A stretch of 63,900 nucleotides of DNA, the filler included, from Olpidium bornovanus S191 (Eukaryota > Fungi > Olpidiomycota): assembly GCA_017911155.1 (NCBI GenBank). It is 30 parts of 30 records of this genome, joined end to end, with 100 filler letters (N's around TTAATTAATTAA, not from the genome) between each part and the next. Parts side by side here need not be neighbours in the genome. Positions count along the whole stretch, not along the records: positions 32,430 to 35,947 come from JAEFCI010010924.1; positions 36,048 to 37,871 come from JAEFCI010010453.1; positions 37,972 to 39,011 come from JAEFCI010002419.1; positions 39,112 to 40,659 come from JAEFCI010008009.1; positions 40,760 to 42,632 come from JAEFCI010006774.1; positions 42,733 to 43,849 come from JAEFCI010009979.1; 24 more parts are not named here. One strand, given 5' to 3'. Made by a program: the position numbers and the translations under genes. The stretch's first letter is position 1. The number at the start of each line of letters is the position of its first letter. This document shows, in pieces, positions 32,698-43,849 of this stretch. The notes under the pieces were generated by a model that worked only from the letters and a program-made list of their open reading frames with translations, was not told the DNA's origin and ran no database searches.

Positions 32698-35268
32698 ATG
32701 GCGGCCGCTGCGGCCGTGTCCAAGCTGAAGAAAAAGGGGGCCATGAAGGAGGAGCCGCCCGCGCCCGAGGAGCCGGCGCACGAGAGGCCGCCGGAGCCGG
32801 TCTCGTCTGCCGCTGCCTCATTCCTGTTCCGGGCAGGGCTGCGACCGCCGGCCCACCGATACCAGGTGACGACAAGGCCGGTGGGGGAAGGGAAATTGCC
32901 CCCTTCCCCCCCCCCTTCCCCCTCCTCCCCCCTGCGACAGCGGATTGCAGTACGATTTCTTCCGCAAAGTCGCGATGCTGACCGGGCCGGTGCTTTCCGT
33001 TCTGAAACGTCGCTGCAGGCGGCCCGTTCGCTGGACGATGTGGAGGCGCGGAGCGGCCGCCCGAGGGTTGACGGCGAAAACAGCAAGTGCAGCGAAAGCT
33101 ACGAACCGCTGGTCGCGAGCGCGGACTCGCTTCAGCCGGGCGACGAGGGCCCTGGCGTTGCGGGGGCGGAACAGCAAGACGCCGGTGTAAAGTGCCCTGC
33201 GCGCTTCCGGACAGGTGGATGTCGCCACCGCCGCGTTTCAGCGTTTTGGGTTTGGAAGCTAACGCGGCTGGCGTGCCGGCGCTACCCCCTCCTTCCGCTC
33301 CGGCCTTTTTTTTTTTTTGTAACCCAGCGCGTCGCGGACTCTGTCCGCAGCCTCGCAGATCACTGCGTCCAGACTCTCGACCGGTTGCTTAGCTCGCTGC
33401 TTACGGAATTTACGGAGTCGCCATCGGCTCCCGCAGCGGCCCCAGCGGTGAGTGGCCAGCCGCGCTCCTCAGGAGACCAAGCGGCGCTGTCGACTACCGG
33501 CGGCTCTGCCGCGCATTGCGCGTCTGTGTTGGCCAGCGACGATGCGGGGGAGGCCCGGCAGCTGGTTTCTTCAATCTATGCGAAGGCGGACCGGCTGGCG
33601 GAGGGAAAGCTGCGGCAAAGTCAGACCGGAAATCCGGAGCGGCTGCTCCCTTTACCCGGCGCTCCCGTGGAGAAGTACCTCGTTGCCATCCAGGAGCACC
33701 TGGACGCTTGCGCCATGGCGGAGCCCGCGGACAAATATACCTTGGCGTCGGCGCTGGCGGCGCTGGTCAACGGACTTTACCAAATTTTGGACGGGGCGCG
33801 GGCGTCTGCGCAAGTCGCCGAAAAGGGCGCACACACGGCCAATGCTCAGCGGCGGCGGAGTTCGGCCGAGCGCATCAGCAAGATCTCGGAAACAAGCGGC
33901 CGGGGCGTAACCTGGTCTCTCCAGAAGCAGATGGCCGATCTGCAGGGCAAAAAGGGTCGCTCCGAGGGCGACGTCGTCACGGAACTGGAGGATGCGAGGA
34001 TCCAGCCACTGTGGCTCGAAGTTGAGCGGCTGATGCAGCTGGTCGTAAGGATCTTCAGGGAGAGCGACATTGCGGACAAGGGGACGCCGCCCAGCAGGGC
34101 GCGGGAGCCGTCGTCCTCGTCCGCGGCCGTCGGGAGCGGGGTCCAGCGTACCGGCGACTCGGCCTCCCTCCCGGATTACGGCGAGGTCTACCAGGAGGGT
34201 CACCGGCACCTGGCCGGCGACCGCGAGGCGGCCGTATGCCGCGACGCCTCACCGCACCGGAAGAACGAGCATGACGAAAAGCTGGCTTTCCTCCGCCACC
34301 TGGAAGCCGACCGCGTGCTGTGCGCCATCGACCGGCTCCAGGAGGTCACCCCGCGGCTGAACGACCAGCGGGTCGTCCTCTCCGACCGCCAGGAGCGCGC
34401 CCTGGCCGCCGCCACGCTGTCAAAGGCCGTAATACGGCTGTCGCAGGGCAAGCTCGAGGAGCAGAGGGCCGAGATGTCGGCCTCCGGCAGGAGAAAGAGC
34501 GACCTTGACAGCATATTCGACCGGATCACGCTGTCCGCCAAGCGCGGCCTGGACGACCAGCGCGTCTGCCTCAGCGCGAACCAAGAGAGGAACATGGAGC
34601 TGGCGAGGCTGACGGGAAGTTTGGACAAAGCAGCAAAGAGTAGGATGGACAACCAGGTGGGTGGGGAAGGGGGGCGACTGGCGATGCCAAACAAGTGTGT
34701 TCTGGAGCGAAATATCCGATTCCCGCGCCCCTTTCGCAGTCTTTCCTTTTCCACTTTTTCGCGCCATCCCGCCTTTCGAACATCTCGGTTTTTGACATTC
34801 CCCCGGCCCCCCGCCCCCACGCCGGGCAAAATAAAATCCGGCCCGACCGCTTCCGTTGGAACTTGCCAGGAATGGCTAAATCCCACGCAGCGCCGCATTT
34901 CGGACATGACCCTCCTCTCGAAGCAACTCCAGGACACGTACAAGCCGTCGATGGAAATCGACCAGCGGTTCGCGATGTCCGCGACCAAGGAGCGCGACAT
35001 GTTCGTCGCCAACCTGGTCGGCAAGATGGCGGGCAGGCGCTTCGGTGGACAGGACGCCGACTCGCCAGCGTCGCGGCGCGCCCGCAGCTTCCACAAGCTC
35101 GAGATCACTCTCGACCGCATGTGGCCTGGGATGGACGAACAGAAGTTCGAGAGGAGGGAGCACGCGCCGTGCCCCACTAGCGCCCCGCCGTACATGGAGG
35201 GGCGGGAGACGAAGCCTCTGGCCGTCACGGCGGCCACGGTACCGGCGGGCACAGCCGCCAAATGCTGA
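32698..35268 (+). CDS. Uncharacterised helical protein with repeated [RG]L.[DN]Q[RE] motifs, complete; probable introns 32866-32940, 33187-33327, 34657-34869
   Basis: Long ORF reading through pyrimidine-rich intron-like stretches. Core: LCAIDRLQEVTPRLNDQRVVL, GKLEEQRA, RGLDDQRVCL, SRMDNQEW, MEIDQRF, RRFGGQDA. Confidence 0.75.
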   Translation: MAAAAAVSKLKKKGAMKEEPPAPEEPAHERPPEPVSSAAASFLFRAGLRPPAHRYQVTTRPVGEGKLPPSPPPSPSSPLRQRIAVRFLPQSRDADRAGAFRSETSLQAARSLDDVEARSGRPRVDGENSKCSESYEPLVASADSLQPGDEGPGVAGAEQQDAGVKCPARFRTGGCRHRRVSAFWVWKLTRLACRRYPLLPLRPFFFFVTQRVADSVRSLADHCVQTLDRLLSSLLTEFTESPSAPAAAPAVSGQPRSSGDQAALSTTGGSAAHCASVLASDDAGEARQLVSSIYAKADRLAEGKLRQSQTGNPERLLPLPGAPVEKYLVAIQEHLDACAMAEPADKYTLASALAALVNGLYQILDGARASAQVAEKGAHTANAQRRRSSAERISKISETSGRGVTWSLQKQMADLQGKKGRSEGDVVTELEDARIQPLWLEVERLMQLVVRIFRESDIADKGTPPSRAREPSSSSAAVGSGVQRTGDSASLPDYGEVYQEGHRHLAGDREAAVCRDASPHRKNEHDEKLAFLRHLEADRVLCAIDRLQEVTPRLNDQRVVLSDRQERALAAATLSKAVIRLSQGKLEEQRAEMSASGRRKSDLDSIFDRITLSAKRGLDDQRVCLSANQERNMELARLTGSLDKAAKSRMDNQVGGEGGRLAMPNKCVLERNIRFPRPFRSLSFSTFSRHPAFRTSRFLTFPRPPAPTPGKIKSGPTASVGTCQEWLNPTQRRISDMTLLSKQLQDTYKPSMEIDQRFAMSATKERDMFVANLVGKMAGRRFGGQDADSPASRRARSFHKLEITLDRMWPGMDEQKFERREHAPCPTSAPPYMEGRETKPLAVTAATVPAGTAAKC

Positions 35269-36146
35269 TCCCGGGCCGTTGGGAGGGGAAGCCAGGAGCG
35301 GGCCACCTAGCCGCGGTTTTGGGCTTCGGGTTGACGTGGGGCCAACAAGGTTTTTTTTTATTCGGTTCTGATTTATACTCATTCTTATTCTTTTTTTTTC
35401 CTCACTGGGTCGGATAGTCCGACCGGCCGCATGCGCCCCGGTCTGCGTTGCCCGGTTTTTCGCCGTAACACGGGCGATGCTCCGGCATTACATACCGTAC
35501 GAAAGTCGCGGACAGATTCAATCGCACGCCTTCCGTCATCACGTTTTCCCTTCGAACCGGCTTAGTTAGTTATGTATATGCGGGAGAGTGCGCCCAGGCG
35601 GGTGGGGCAGCGTCTCCGCATACCGTTAGTACTTTTTTTATCTAAGAAACGCGGACGTGCGACTTCCTCCGCACGTTCGGCTCTCACGGAAACATCGACG
35701 CTTCGAATACTCGCCAACAGGCAGGGTTTCTGAATCGGGGAAAAACCGGTGTATCCGCCGCGGTGGGCAAAAAAGTGCGACGGAACGAACGCCGGTCACG
35801 GGTCAAGAGTAGTACATTTCCAAGTTCATGCCGTCGTGGATTTCGTAATCTGCCCGGTGGGTTTGGGGGAGGGGAAGGGGGAATTGGTTTTAAATATTTG
35901 TTCTTAGCCGCCAAAATCAGTAACACGTAAAAGCAAAACAACCGCAANNNNNNNNNNNNNNNNNNNNNNNNNNNNNNNNNNNNNNNNNNNNTTAATTAAT
36001 TAANNNNNNNNNNNNNNNNNNNNNNNNNNNNNNNNNNNNNNNNNNNNGCATGCACCGAAGTGCGAAGTGACAGTCAGGCTCATCACCACCGTTCCAACGT
36101 TTGCCGCATACTTCTCATCCTCGGGCCGAATCGTTCGCAGACGCAC

Positions 36147-37538
36147 CCACGATCGCCCCAAGTTGGTTCACGCTCGCTCGATAGCCCTGAACGATCCTTG
36201 TCCCCATTTCCGTGAGAATCACCCCGTCCACGCCGTCCAGAACCCGGTGGTCAAACGGCGCCGTGTGGACGGGCCCTCGTAGAGATGACTTCGAAATAAT
36301 AGCTAACTTCGTGGACGACAAACACGGGGTGAACGCATAAACGCTGCGTCCGATGTTTCTCTACGTGATTCAAAACAACACTCACGTTGGCCTGGTCGGA
36401 GCGAATATGCCAGTTCGTCCCGCCAAGACAGTACCCCGAGCTGTATGCCGTGATGATGAATCCGCCATCAACAGTCCTCTACGTCGAGGCCAACATATGG
36501 CCGCCGCAGATTCAGATACGCGCACAGGATGCGGAGGCATTTCAATTGACTATAAGTAGGGCATGGCGAAACTCACGAGGTGCTCGCCAAAACTGACGCA
36601 CTCTATCCGCTCTATCGCCGCTTTCACGTCTTCGGCAGTATAAAGTGGGTACATATCATCCTCCGCGTAACCCCTATTCATAATGGAGTCAGCTCCTATG
36701 CCGGCGAGCTTGCGGCGGCCACAGTCAACCCTAAGACCAGAACTTTACGTGACGCAGACGGCTTTATCGCGCATGCCAAAATAGTACACCAATTCTTCCA
36801 TCCGCAGCCTGGATGACAAACACAGAAGACACAATCAAAAAAGTAAGGGGAACGACCACAGAGGTATGCGCGAAACAATTTCGCAGTGGTGACCACGATA
36901 TCGGGTCTCGGCTGAAGTCCCTTCGACAGCACACGGTTTGTGTACCTTGCGAACTCCTTCGTCGGCTCGGTAGCGTACACTACGCCGTTAAACTTTTCGG
37001 TGTACTGGGTAATGTACGGCAGCCCGGTCGCGTTCTCCTCGTTCGACAGGAGGATAAAGTCGACGTTTTCCCACGGCACGTCGGCCAGGTCGAACCTCTC
37101 GAACGTGTAGCACCCGCGGCCTCGGTCGGGGCGGCCGGGTCCAGCGGAGGCGGCTGCGCATGTCCGGCGTTCCGCGGACGGATCGACCGTCCAAACCAAT
37201 TGCGAGGCGTCCGGGTGCACCTTCACCGCGGAACCTTCAGCGCCGAGGCCCACGGCGGCCTCGCCACCATCGACGTGCTCGCGTTCCGCCTCCTCGTCGC
37301 CGCAGTCTTCCTCCCCTTCCGAATTCTCCCACGGCAGCTCCGCCTCCACGACGTCAAGAAACACCCTCCTCCTCTTTCTCGTCCGGCTGGCCCCCCGTTT
37401 CTCGTCGGGATGCAAATTCGGCTTCGCCGGCACCGCACCCAACGCGCAGTCCACCACGAAGCACTTCCCGTGCGCCCGCACCAGCAGGCACGGCAGCTGT
37501 TGCTTCCTCGCGTTCAGGGTGCGAAACCGTAGCTCCAT
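36147..37538 (-). CDS. INTS9: Integrator complex subunit 9 (inactive metallo-beta-lactamase fold), 5' part, at least 5 exons
   Basis: LPCLLVR...VVDCAL; VDFILLSNEENATGLPYITQYT..F.GVVYATEPTKEFAR | LRMEELV; LYTAEDVKAAIERIECVSFGE; ITAYSSGYCLGGTNWHI; HTAPFDHRVLDGVDGVIL. First exon 37538-36946. Confidence 0.9.
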
Positions 37539-37753
37539 GATTACTTTCTCTCTCTCTCTCTCTCTCTCTCTCTTCACTCTCTTCTCTCGCCTTTCGCCCT
37601 CGGTCGTGCTGCTCCTCCGCGGTTCGTCCTGCAACGGCGTCGGCTTCTCCGCCGCACGCCTGGCTCTCGCGGGGAAATTATTTTTGTCACGGGGACGAGG
37701 GGAAAGCTCGGCGGCTGGTCAAAAACCAACATTTTGTCCGCTTCCTCGCGCCG

Positions 37754-37871
<118 letters not shown>

Positions 37872-38095
37872 NNNNNNNNNNNNNNNNNNNNNNNNNNNNN
37901 NNNNNNNNNNNNNNNTTAATTAATTAANNNNNNNNNNNNNNNNNNNNNNNNNNNNNNNNNNNNNNNNNNNNACGGCTGGTCTTTTTCGCCCTGTCCGACG
38001 ACAAAGGAACACATTTGCGAACACAGCCACTTGTGTCGATTACCGCGAGCGACGCTGACAGTGGTGCACTGCCCGCAAATCCGAGATACATGGCA

Positions 38096-38181
38096 TACAT
38101 CATTCGTGTTGACGGGGTAGTTCTGGAGAACTGGAGAATACATCATTCGTGTTGACGGGGTAGTTCGGGAGAACTGGAGAA
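38096..38181. repeat. 43-bp tandem duplication downstream of CSN3
   Basis: TACATCATTCGTGTTGACGGGGTAGTTCTGGAGAACTGGAGAA at 38096 and 38139, with one mismatch. Confidence 0.9.
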
Positions 38182-38215
38182 GACGGGGTAGTGTTCTCTG
38201 CACAAACAAACCTGA

Positions 38216-39011
38216 CTAGCTGCTTTCGGGGTAACTCCCCTCGTCCGAGTACTCTGCCATTTCCATGTCTCCATCATCCATGTTCTCATCCTGAATGTAC
38301 TCGTAGCCGCCGGTAGCCGTGTGCGCCAACTCGGCCGGATCGGTTTCTACGCCTAGCTGCGCTTCCATTGCTGCCGCAGCCGCCGTGGCGAGGGAAGACG
38401 CCGACGAAGAAGGGGAGCCGAGCCCTTCATTATCAAAAGCGGGTAAGGAGGAGGCTCCGGCCGCATGACGGCCACGAGACAACCGAGTGGACGCCGAGTT
38501 CGACGGCCCAAAGCCGCGTGAAAACCTCGATATGCCTCCTCCGCTGGCCCACTCATGCGGGTGCGGAGCCGGACGGTGTCGGTGCCCTGGACGAACCTGC
38601 CTTGCGATGTAGGCTTTGGAGGTGGCCAGAGCACGTTCCGTCCGAAACAGAGTCTCGCTGACAGTGCTCGCGCTGCGTAGTGAGCCGGCCAGTGACTCCA
38701 CGCTCTCCGCAGTGAAGTACCGAAGTGGGCCGTCGTGGAACGAAACCATCGCGGTGCTGCTGTCCGTGGGCATGTTGATGCCCTGATTTTGTGATATTGT
38801 CGCGTGGATTGCTCCGCTTTCAATCTGCAAACAAGACCAACGACACCGTATTGTCGGAACAACGATACGAATTTTTTTGGGCTGAAGAAACATGATCCTC
38901 TCAGGGACGGCGGCTACTGACCATTCCTATAATTTCAGTCTCCGCCCTCGCCGCTGCGTCCAGTCCAGTGATGCCCGAAACGCGGGCAATGTCGCTGATA
39001 GAAAGCGTCAG
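38216..39011 (-). CDS. CSN3: COP9 signalosome subunit 3, C-terminal PCI region; exons 39011-38922 and 38824-38216
   Basis: LTLSISDIARVSG...AETEIIGM | IESGAIHATISQ...MVSFHDGPLRY...ERALATSKAYI resembles CSN3 (LTLSL.D.A...AE.Y...MIEDGEIFASI...MV.FHD.PEKY). Long acidic tail. Confidence 0.8.
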
Positions 39012-39111
39012 NNNNNNNNNNNNNNNNNNNNNNNNNNNNNNNNNNNNNNNNNNNNTTAATTAATTAANNNNNNNNNNNNNNNNNNNNNNNNNNNNNNNNN
39101 NNNNNNNNNNN

Positions 39112-40659
39112 CAAGATTGCGGAGATCGAGAAGCAGAAACGGAAGGCCCAGGAGGCGAACGAGCAGCTGACCGCGGCCACGGCCGGAATGAAGAAGGAGC
39201 TGAAAGCAGCAGTCGAAGAGCAGAAGTCCATGCAGGCGAAGGTTGCCACGCTCAGCGAGCAGCTAGCAGAGAAGGAAGCGGAGATCGCGAAGCTTGCCCA
39301 GAACCTGCAAGCCCGGAAGGAGGAGGGCTCGCGGAGCCCAGCGGCGAGCGCGAAGTCGACCTCCGTTACTACGTTGGCCAGCCCTTCGCCCTCGCAAGCA
39401 CGCGCGGCGGACGACGCCGCCGTCGTTGCGATTCGTCGCGAGAACGAGCAGCTCAAAGGCGAACTCAAAAGCCTGCACGCGGCGGCGGCGGCGATCCCCA
39501 CCGCCGGCGCACGGGTGTCCCCGGCGCAGCCCCAGGGCTCGACGTCGGACGAACCGGGGCCGGCAGCACGAAAGTACGCCTTGCAAGACATACCGGCGCG
39601 GCCGAACATCGACATTCACCCGGACACCGCCGTCAAAATTACAAAAAAGGCGCAGCGGCGCCGGCACAGCTTCGGCGAACCGCCCATTTCCGAGGCGGAC
39701 AAGGGCGCCCGGATCGGCAAGCGACCGCCGCTGGCCAACCTCGCCGGTGGCGGCGAGGAGATAACCGCCAGTTCCAAGCGGAACACGATCAACTTGCCCT
39801 CATCGCTTGGTCCGTCTTTTTCATCGCAGTCTGCTGCTGGTGTCGTCCCGCGAAAGTTGTTGATGGCCTTTGGCGGCAGCAGTCAGAACATCCCACCCGG
39901 TTTGCCGGCCAGTTTCCTCACAGATTTTTCAGATGACAACCCCGAATCTCGACAAGTGGGTTTTCGCCCGTCCTTCGGTTTCCGGGATAGTGTTTTCTTT
40001 TTTTAGTTCTTTCACACCGTTAACGAGATGCAATTTTTTGCAGGTGCTTATCAAAATGCTTGAGAACGAAGCTCTTAAGGAGGAGATGGTGGAGATGCTC
40101 ATCCGAACGCTCACTATCCCTCTGCCGAGCTTTCAAAACAAGATGCCTTTGCATGATATACTGTTCCCATCTCATCTGATTGGCCTTTGCGCGATTCAGA
40201 TGTGGAAATATAGTCTAAATGAGCATTTGCAGGGCTTGATGACCGGTGTCTTGCAATCTATACGAAAGAAAATATCAGTGCGTCTCCTTTCGGCTCCACG
40301 CTCTTCACGCAGCAGACAACGCTTGTGGAGCTAACCCTTTTCTTTTGCAGTTGAAGCTTGACGACGATTACTCCTGCGCGTTCTGGCTCTCAAACGTTCA
40401 TGAGCTGCTTGCGATCATCCGCACGGCCGAGGAAAGCAAGATTGAAAAGTCGAAATCGACGTCGCCATTCCCTCGACAACAGCATGATATTTCCGGGACA
40501 GATCGACTGGTCGACAGGATCAAATCCGATGTGGAATTGCTACTGCTGGACACCTACCACGGCTGGCTCAAGGACATCAAGAAACGGCTGTCGAAGATGA
40601 TCGTACCGGCGATTGTGGAAAGCCAAACGCTGCCGGGCTTTGTCGTTTCGGAAGGCGGG
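39112..40659 (+). CDS. MYO2: Class V myosin, coiled coil plus start of the globular (DIL) tail; exons 39112-39955, 40044-40277, 40351-40659
   Basis: Heptad region followed by ILFPSHLIGL...MWKY, CAFWLSNVHELL, TYHGWLKDIKKRLSKMIVPAIVESQTLPGFV. Confidence 0.9.
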
Positions 40660-41927
40660 NNNNNNNNNNNNNNNNNNNNNNNNNNNNNNNNNNNNNNNNN
40701 NNNTTAATTAATTAANNNNNNNNNNNNNNNNNNNNNNNNNNNNNNNNNNNNNNNNNNNNAAGGCTCTTGCCGGCCTCGGCGCGGGCCACCTCGAACGCGA
40801 TGGTTTCTTGCCGTGCGGCGCTCACGAACAACAGCAGCAATAATGGAAACAGCAACGCGGGCAGAGCGTCTAATTACATGACCTGTAATCCTCCCACCTC
40901 CGGCACCGCCGTCGACTCGGGCACCGAGGGTGATTTGGTCGAAACCTGCTTGCGGTAGCCCCCGCCCCCCGCCCCCCCCCGTCGACGAGGTCGCGCACGT
41001 ATCACGGCGTTCGGCGGTACAAAACCAACAAACTCAAAAAAAACAACTCGGCTGCAGTGTGGTTTTAACGCCCGCGCCCGTACGCGGGCCTGGTGCGATT
41101 CGTGCGACGGGCGTCGGCAACGTACGTCCGCCGCCCGCTCGAGGCGGCTCCTGGGTTCTCTCTCAAAGTTAGGCCCGGCGCCGTCGCGGCTGACGCCGAA
41201 AGCGCGGCGGGCGGAGCCTTCGGCGTCTGCGAATCGGGCGCGCGCGCGCGCGGCGGAGAGTCCGGGGGGGGGGGGGAAGGGGGGGGGGGCCCGGGGGGGG
41301 GGGGGGCGGGGGGGGGGGGGGGGGGGGGGGGGGGGGAAGGGGTGGGGGAGGCCGTCCTATCTTGCCGGCGGTGCGGGAATCTTGCGCGTGCAAAAAAACA
41401 CCTCCGGGGAGCTCCGGGGAGGGCGGAAGTCGAGCTTTCATCAAGGTACACCCCTGGGCCCACCCCCCTCTCTTCGAAGCCCGTGGTCGGCCGCAACATG
41501 ACGCATATGAAGCATTGTTCTGATGGTACGAAAAAGCATTTGTCAAAACGACTTGTTTCACTTCTGATCGCCATTTCGGCAATGGCTTTTTTTTTCCGGG
41601 TGAGCATCGGGGGTAACCCTGGTGACTATCTCTTAAGAAAAGCGAAGCTCACCGATGTGCAGTGATCTCTTCCAATTTTTTTTCCTTATTTTGTTTGTAA
41701 TACCTTTTTACCGATATTTAGAGTGACCGAGCTCCTCGGGCGTGTGTGTATTACATATATGTCCTCTTCCCGCAGTGTGGAGATGGGGGGGTGGGGGGGG
41801 TGCGAAAAAACTTGCTCGCGGCCCCCTCATTTGCGCCCGCGCGCAGCTCCGGGCGCGCCTGCCGGCAGCCGCGTCGGGGAAAGTGGGGAAAGGGGGGGGG
41901 GAGAGGGGAAAAAAAGGGGCGGCTTAC

Positions 41928-42632
41928 CTGGCGAGGGTGCCCGGCGCGCGTAGCAATTGACCCGGTCGCACGAGCAGTTGAGAAGCGCGCAGAGAAAGGG
42001 ACGGGCCGCCGGTCCACTTGGGTCGCCCCTCGCCGCGGCGGCGGAGCCCGCGCGGCGACGGGCTCCGCGGTTCGCCGCGCTTTCGTCGGCCGGGGCGGCC
42101 GGCTTCGTCTCGCGAGGACGATTGAGAGGAGTGCGAGAAGCCTCCGGCGGCTTGCGCGGTGCCGCCGCCGGCGAGGCCGCCGGTGGGGTGCGATAATGCG
42201 AACTGCCGCATCGGGCCGCGCTGCTGCTGCTGCCTCCGCCGCGGTCGCGGGGAGCCCGCCCGACGCCGGCGGTCCTCCGCGGTCGCGGCGGCCTGCCGCG
42301 CCCCGGCGGCAATGGCCAGCCGCGGCAGTTTCGTCTTCGAGTCCCCTTTTCGACGCGGCGGCAGCGGCGACCCCGCCGGGTTCCGGCTCTCGCTTCGCGA
42401 GCTTCCGGAAAGCGGGAGGTCCGGCATCGTGACGCCCGAGCCTTGCGCGTCAGCCGGGTGGCACCGCCGGATGTGGACGGGAGACGACTTCTCGCGCGCG
42501 CTAGAGAGTGGCTGTCGGGAGCGCGCCTCGCCGACACGATGCAGACCGCCGCCGATCTCCCAACGCCCCGCCCCGGAAGCCGGGAAACCCCGCCCCGCCG
42601 AGCTCGGCCCCCGGGCGCACACCCCCGGCCGT
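41928..42632 (-). CDS. Possible exon of a hypothetical low-complexity protein
   Basis: Long open minus-strand frame ending at a strong CAG|GTAAG donor at 41928; no family recognised. Confidence 0.25.
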
Positions 42633-42939
42633 NNNNNNNNNNNNNNNNNNNNNNNNNNNNNNNNNNNNNNNNNNNNTTAATTAATTAANNNNNNNNNNNN
42701 NNNNNNNNNNNNNNNNNNNNNNNNNNNNNNNNCATGACAAGTGGAACTTGTTCAGGCCAACAGAAGCCCGTCGCCAGGAAAGTAAGTTTGTCGGCAGGTT
42801 GTGAAAAGATTCAGGCATTTGGATTGAGCACCTGCAGAGCTCTTCGCGCGCCGTCTTCGGCTCTCTGTGAGTACCCGAGCGATGTTGAGCATTTTCCGGA
42901 TCTCTACCTCGGCATCGTCCCTGTCCTTCGCGACCCCGC

Positions 42940-43605
42940 CGTGTTGTGGATCGCCGAGCCCAGGCGGAGCGTTCGCGGGAAGCCTTAATCAAGCGGCATT
43001 ACGAGACAAAATTGCGGCAGTTGTACGAGAAGGTATCCTACGGACACCTCGGGAACGGAGAGTAACGAAAGGGGTCTGAACATCCGGTGTCATTACGCCG
43101 CCACGTGCTTTAGCGCGGAGAGGGGACTTGGACTTCTTACAGCGACTCGGATTTTCTCGCCAAACCTCCGCAGATCCAACTGGCAGACAGCCGAGCGGTA
43201 CGCTTCTACAGGGCATGGCAGCTGGCGACAGGACACGTTTTGTCGGCGAAAAAGGAAAAGGACGAGTGTCGGACGCAACTCGGGACGGTCAAGGTTCGAG
43301 GCACCCGTTTCCCCATTTTGCGGGGGGGAGTGCGCGCTGTTTACCGGCTTTGGGAGGTTTCCCGCTCCGAGTGGGGGTGTGCCTCTCCTCCCGGTCGCCG
43401 ATGCGCAGCGTGTGCACGCGCATAGACACCTTCATATAAATGGGGATGCCGGGCTTGACGCTTTGGGACAGGGAGTGTTATTGCCACGTGATTCGCAACT
43501 GCGGCCGTTGTCCCTCCGTGTTCCTATATTTTTGCTGCGATGCCCAGGAGGAGCTCGAGCGGACGCAGGCGGACTTCCGAAAACAGATGGATTTTATGGC
43601 AGAGC
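42940..43605 (+). CDS. PPP1R21: PPP1R21 / FERRY Fy-2-like C-terminal coiled coil (TTKRSYEDQ-type region); exons about 42940-43032, 43174-43293, 43548-43605
   Basis: SREALIKRHYETKLRQLYEK | IQLADSRAVRFYRAWQLATGHVLSAKKEKD... | EELERTQADFRKQMDFMAE parallels the human segment SREDLIKNHY..RI.ELTSQLQLADSKSVHFY...DELTTTKRSYEDQLSMMSDH. Confidence 0.75.
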
Positions 43606-43622
43606 GTACGTTGCGGTTTATT

Positions 43623-43671
<49 letters not shown>

Positions 43672-43768
43672 CCGGCTTCCCCGCCTCGGCCGGCAAGCAA
43701 GGAAAAAAAGCTTTCTCACCCGCGACCTCCCCCCCCCCCTCTCCTTCACCGCCGACCGGCTCTTCGCC

Positions 43769-43849
43769 ATGACCTCGAAAGCCGAGTACTTGAGGAAGCA
43801 CTACGGGCCCGTTTCCGCGGCGGCCGAGCCCGGCGGCGTTGCTCGGACG
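43769..43849 (+). CDS. BUD13: Possible BUD13 (RES complex) N-terminus, truncated by the contig end
   Basis: MTSKAEYLRKHYG resembles the BUD13 start SKAEYL..YL; only 27 codons are available. Confidence 0.4.

Noticed and set aside
41921-41932. CTTACCTGG as a U1 snRNA 5' end
   Set aside because: No U1 stem-loops or Sm site follow; it is the reverse complement of a CAG|GTAAG splice donor.
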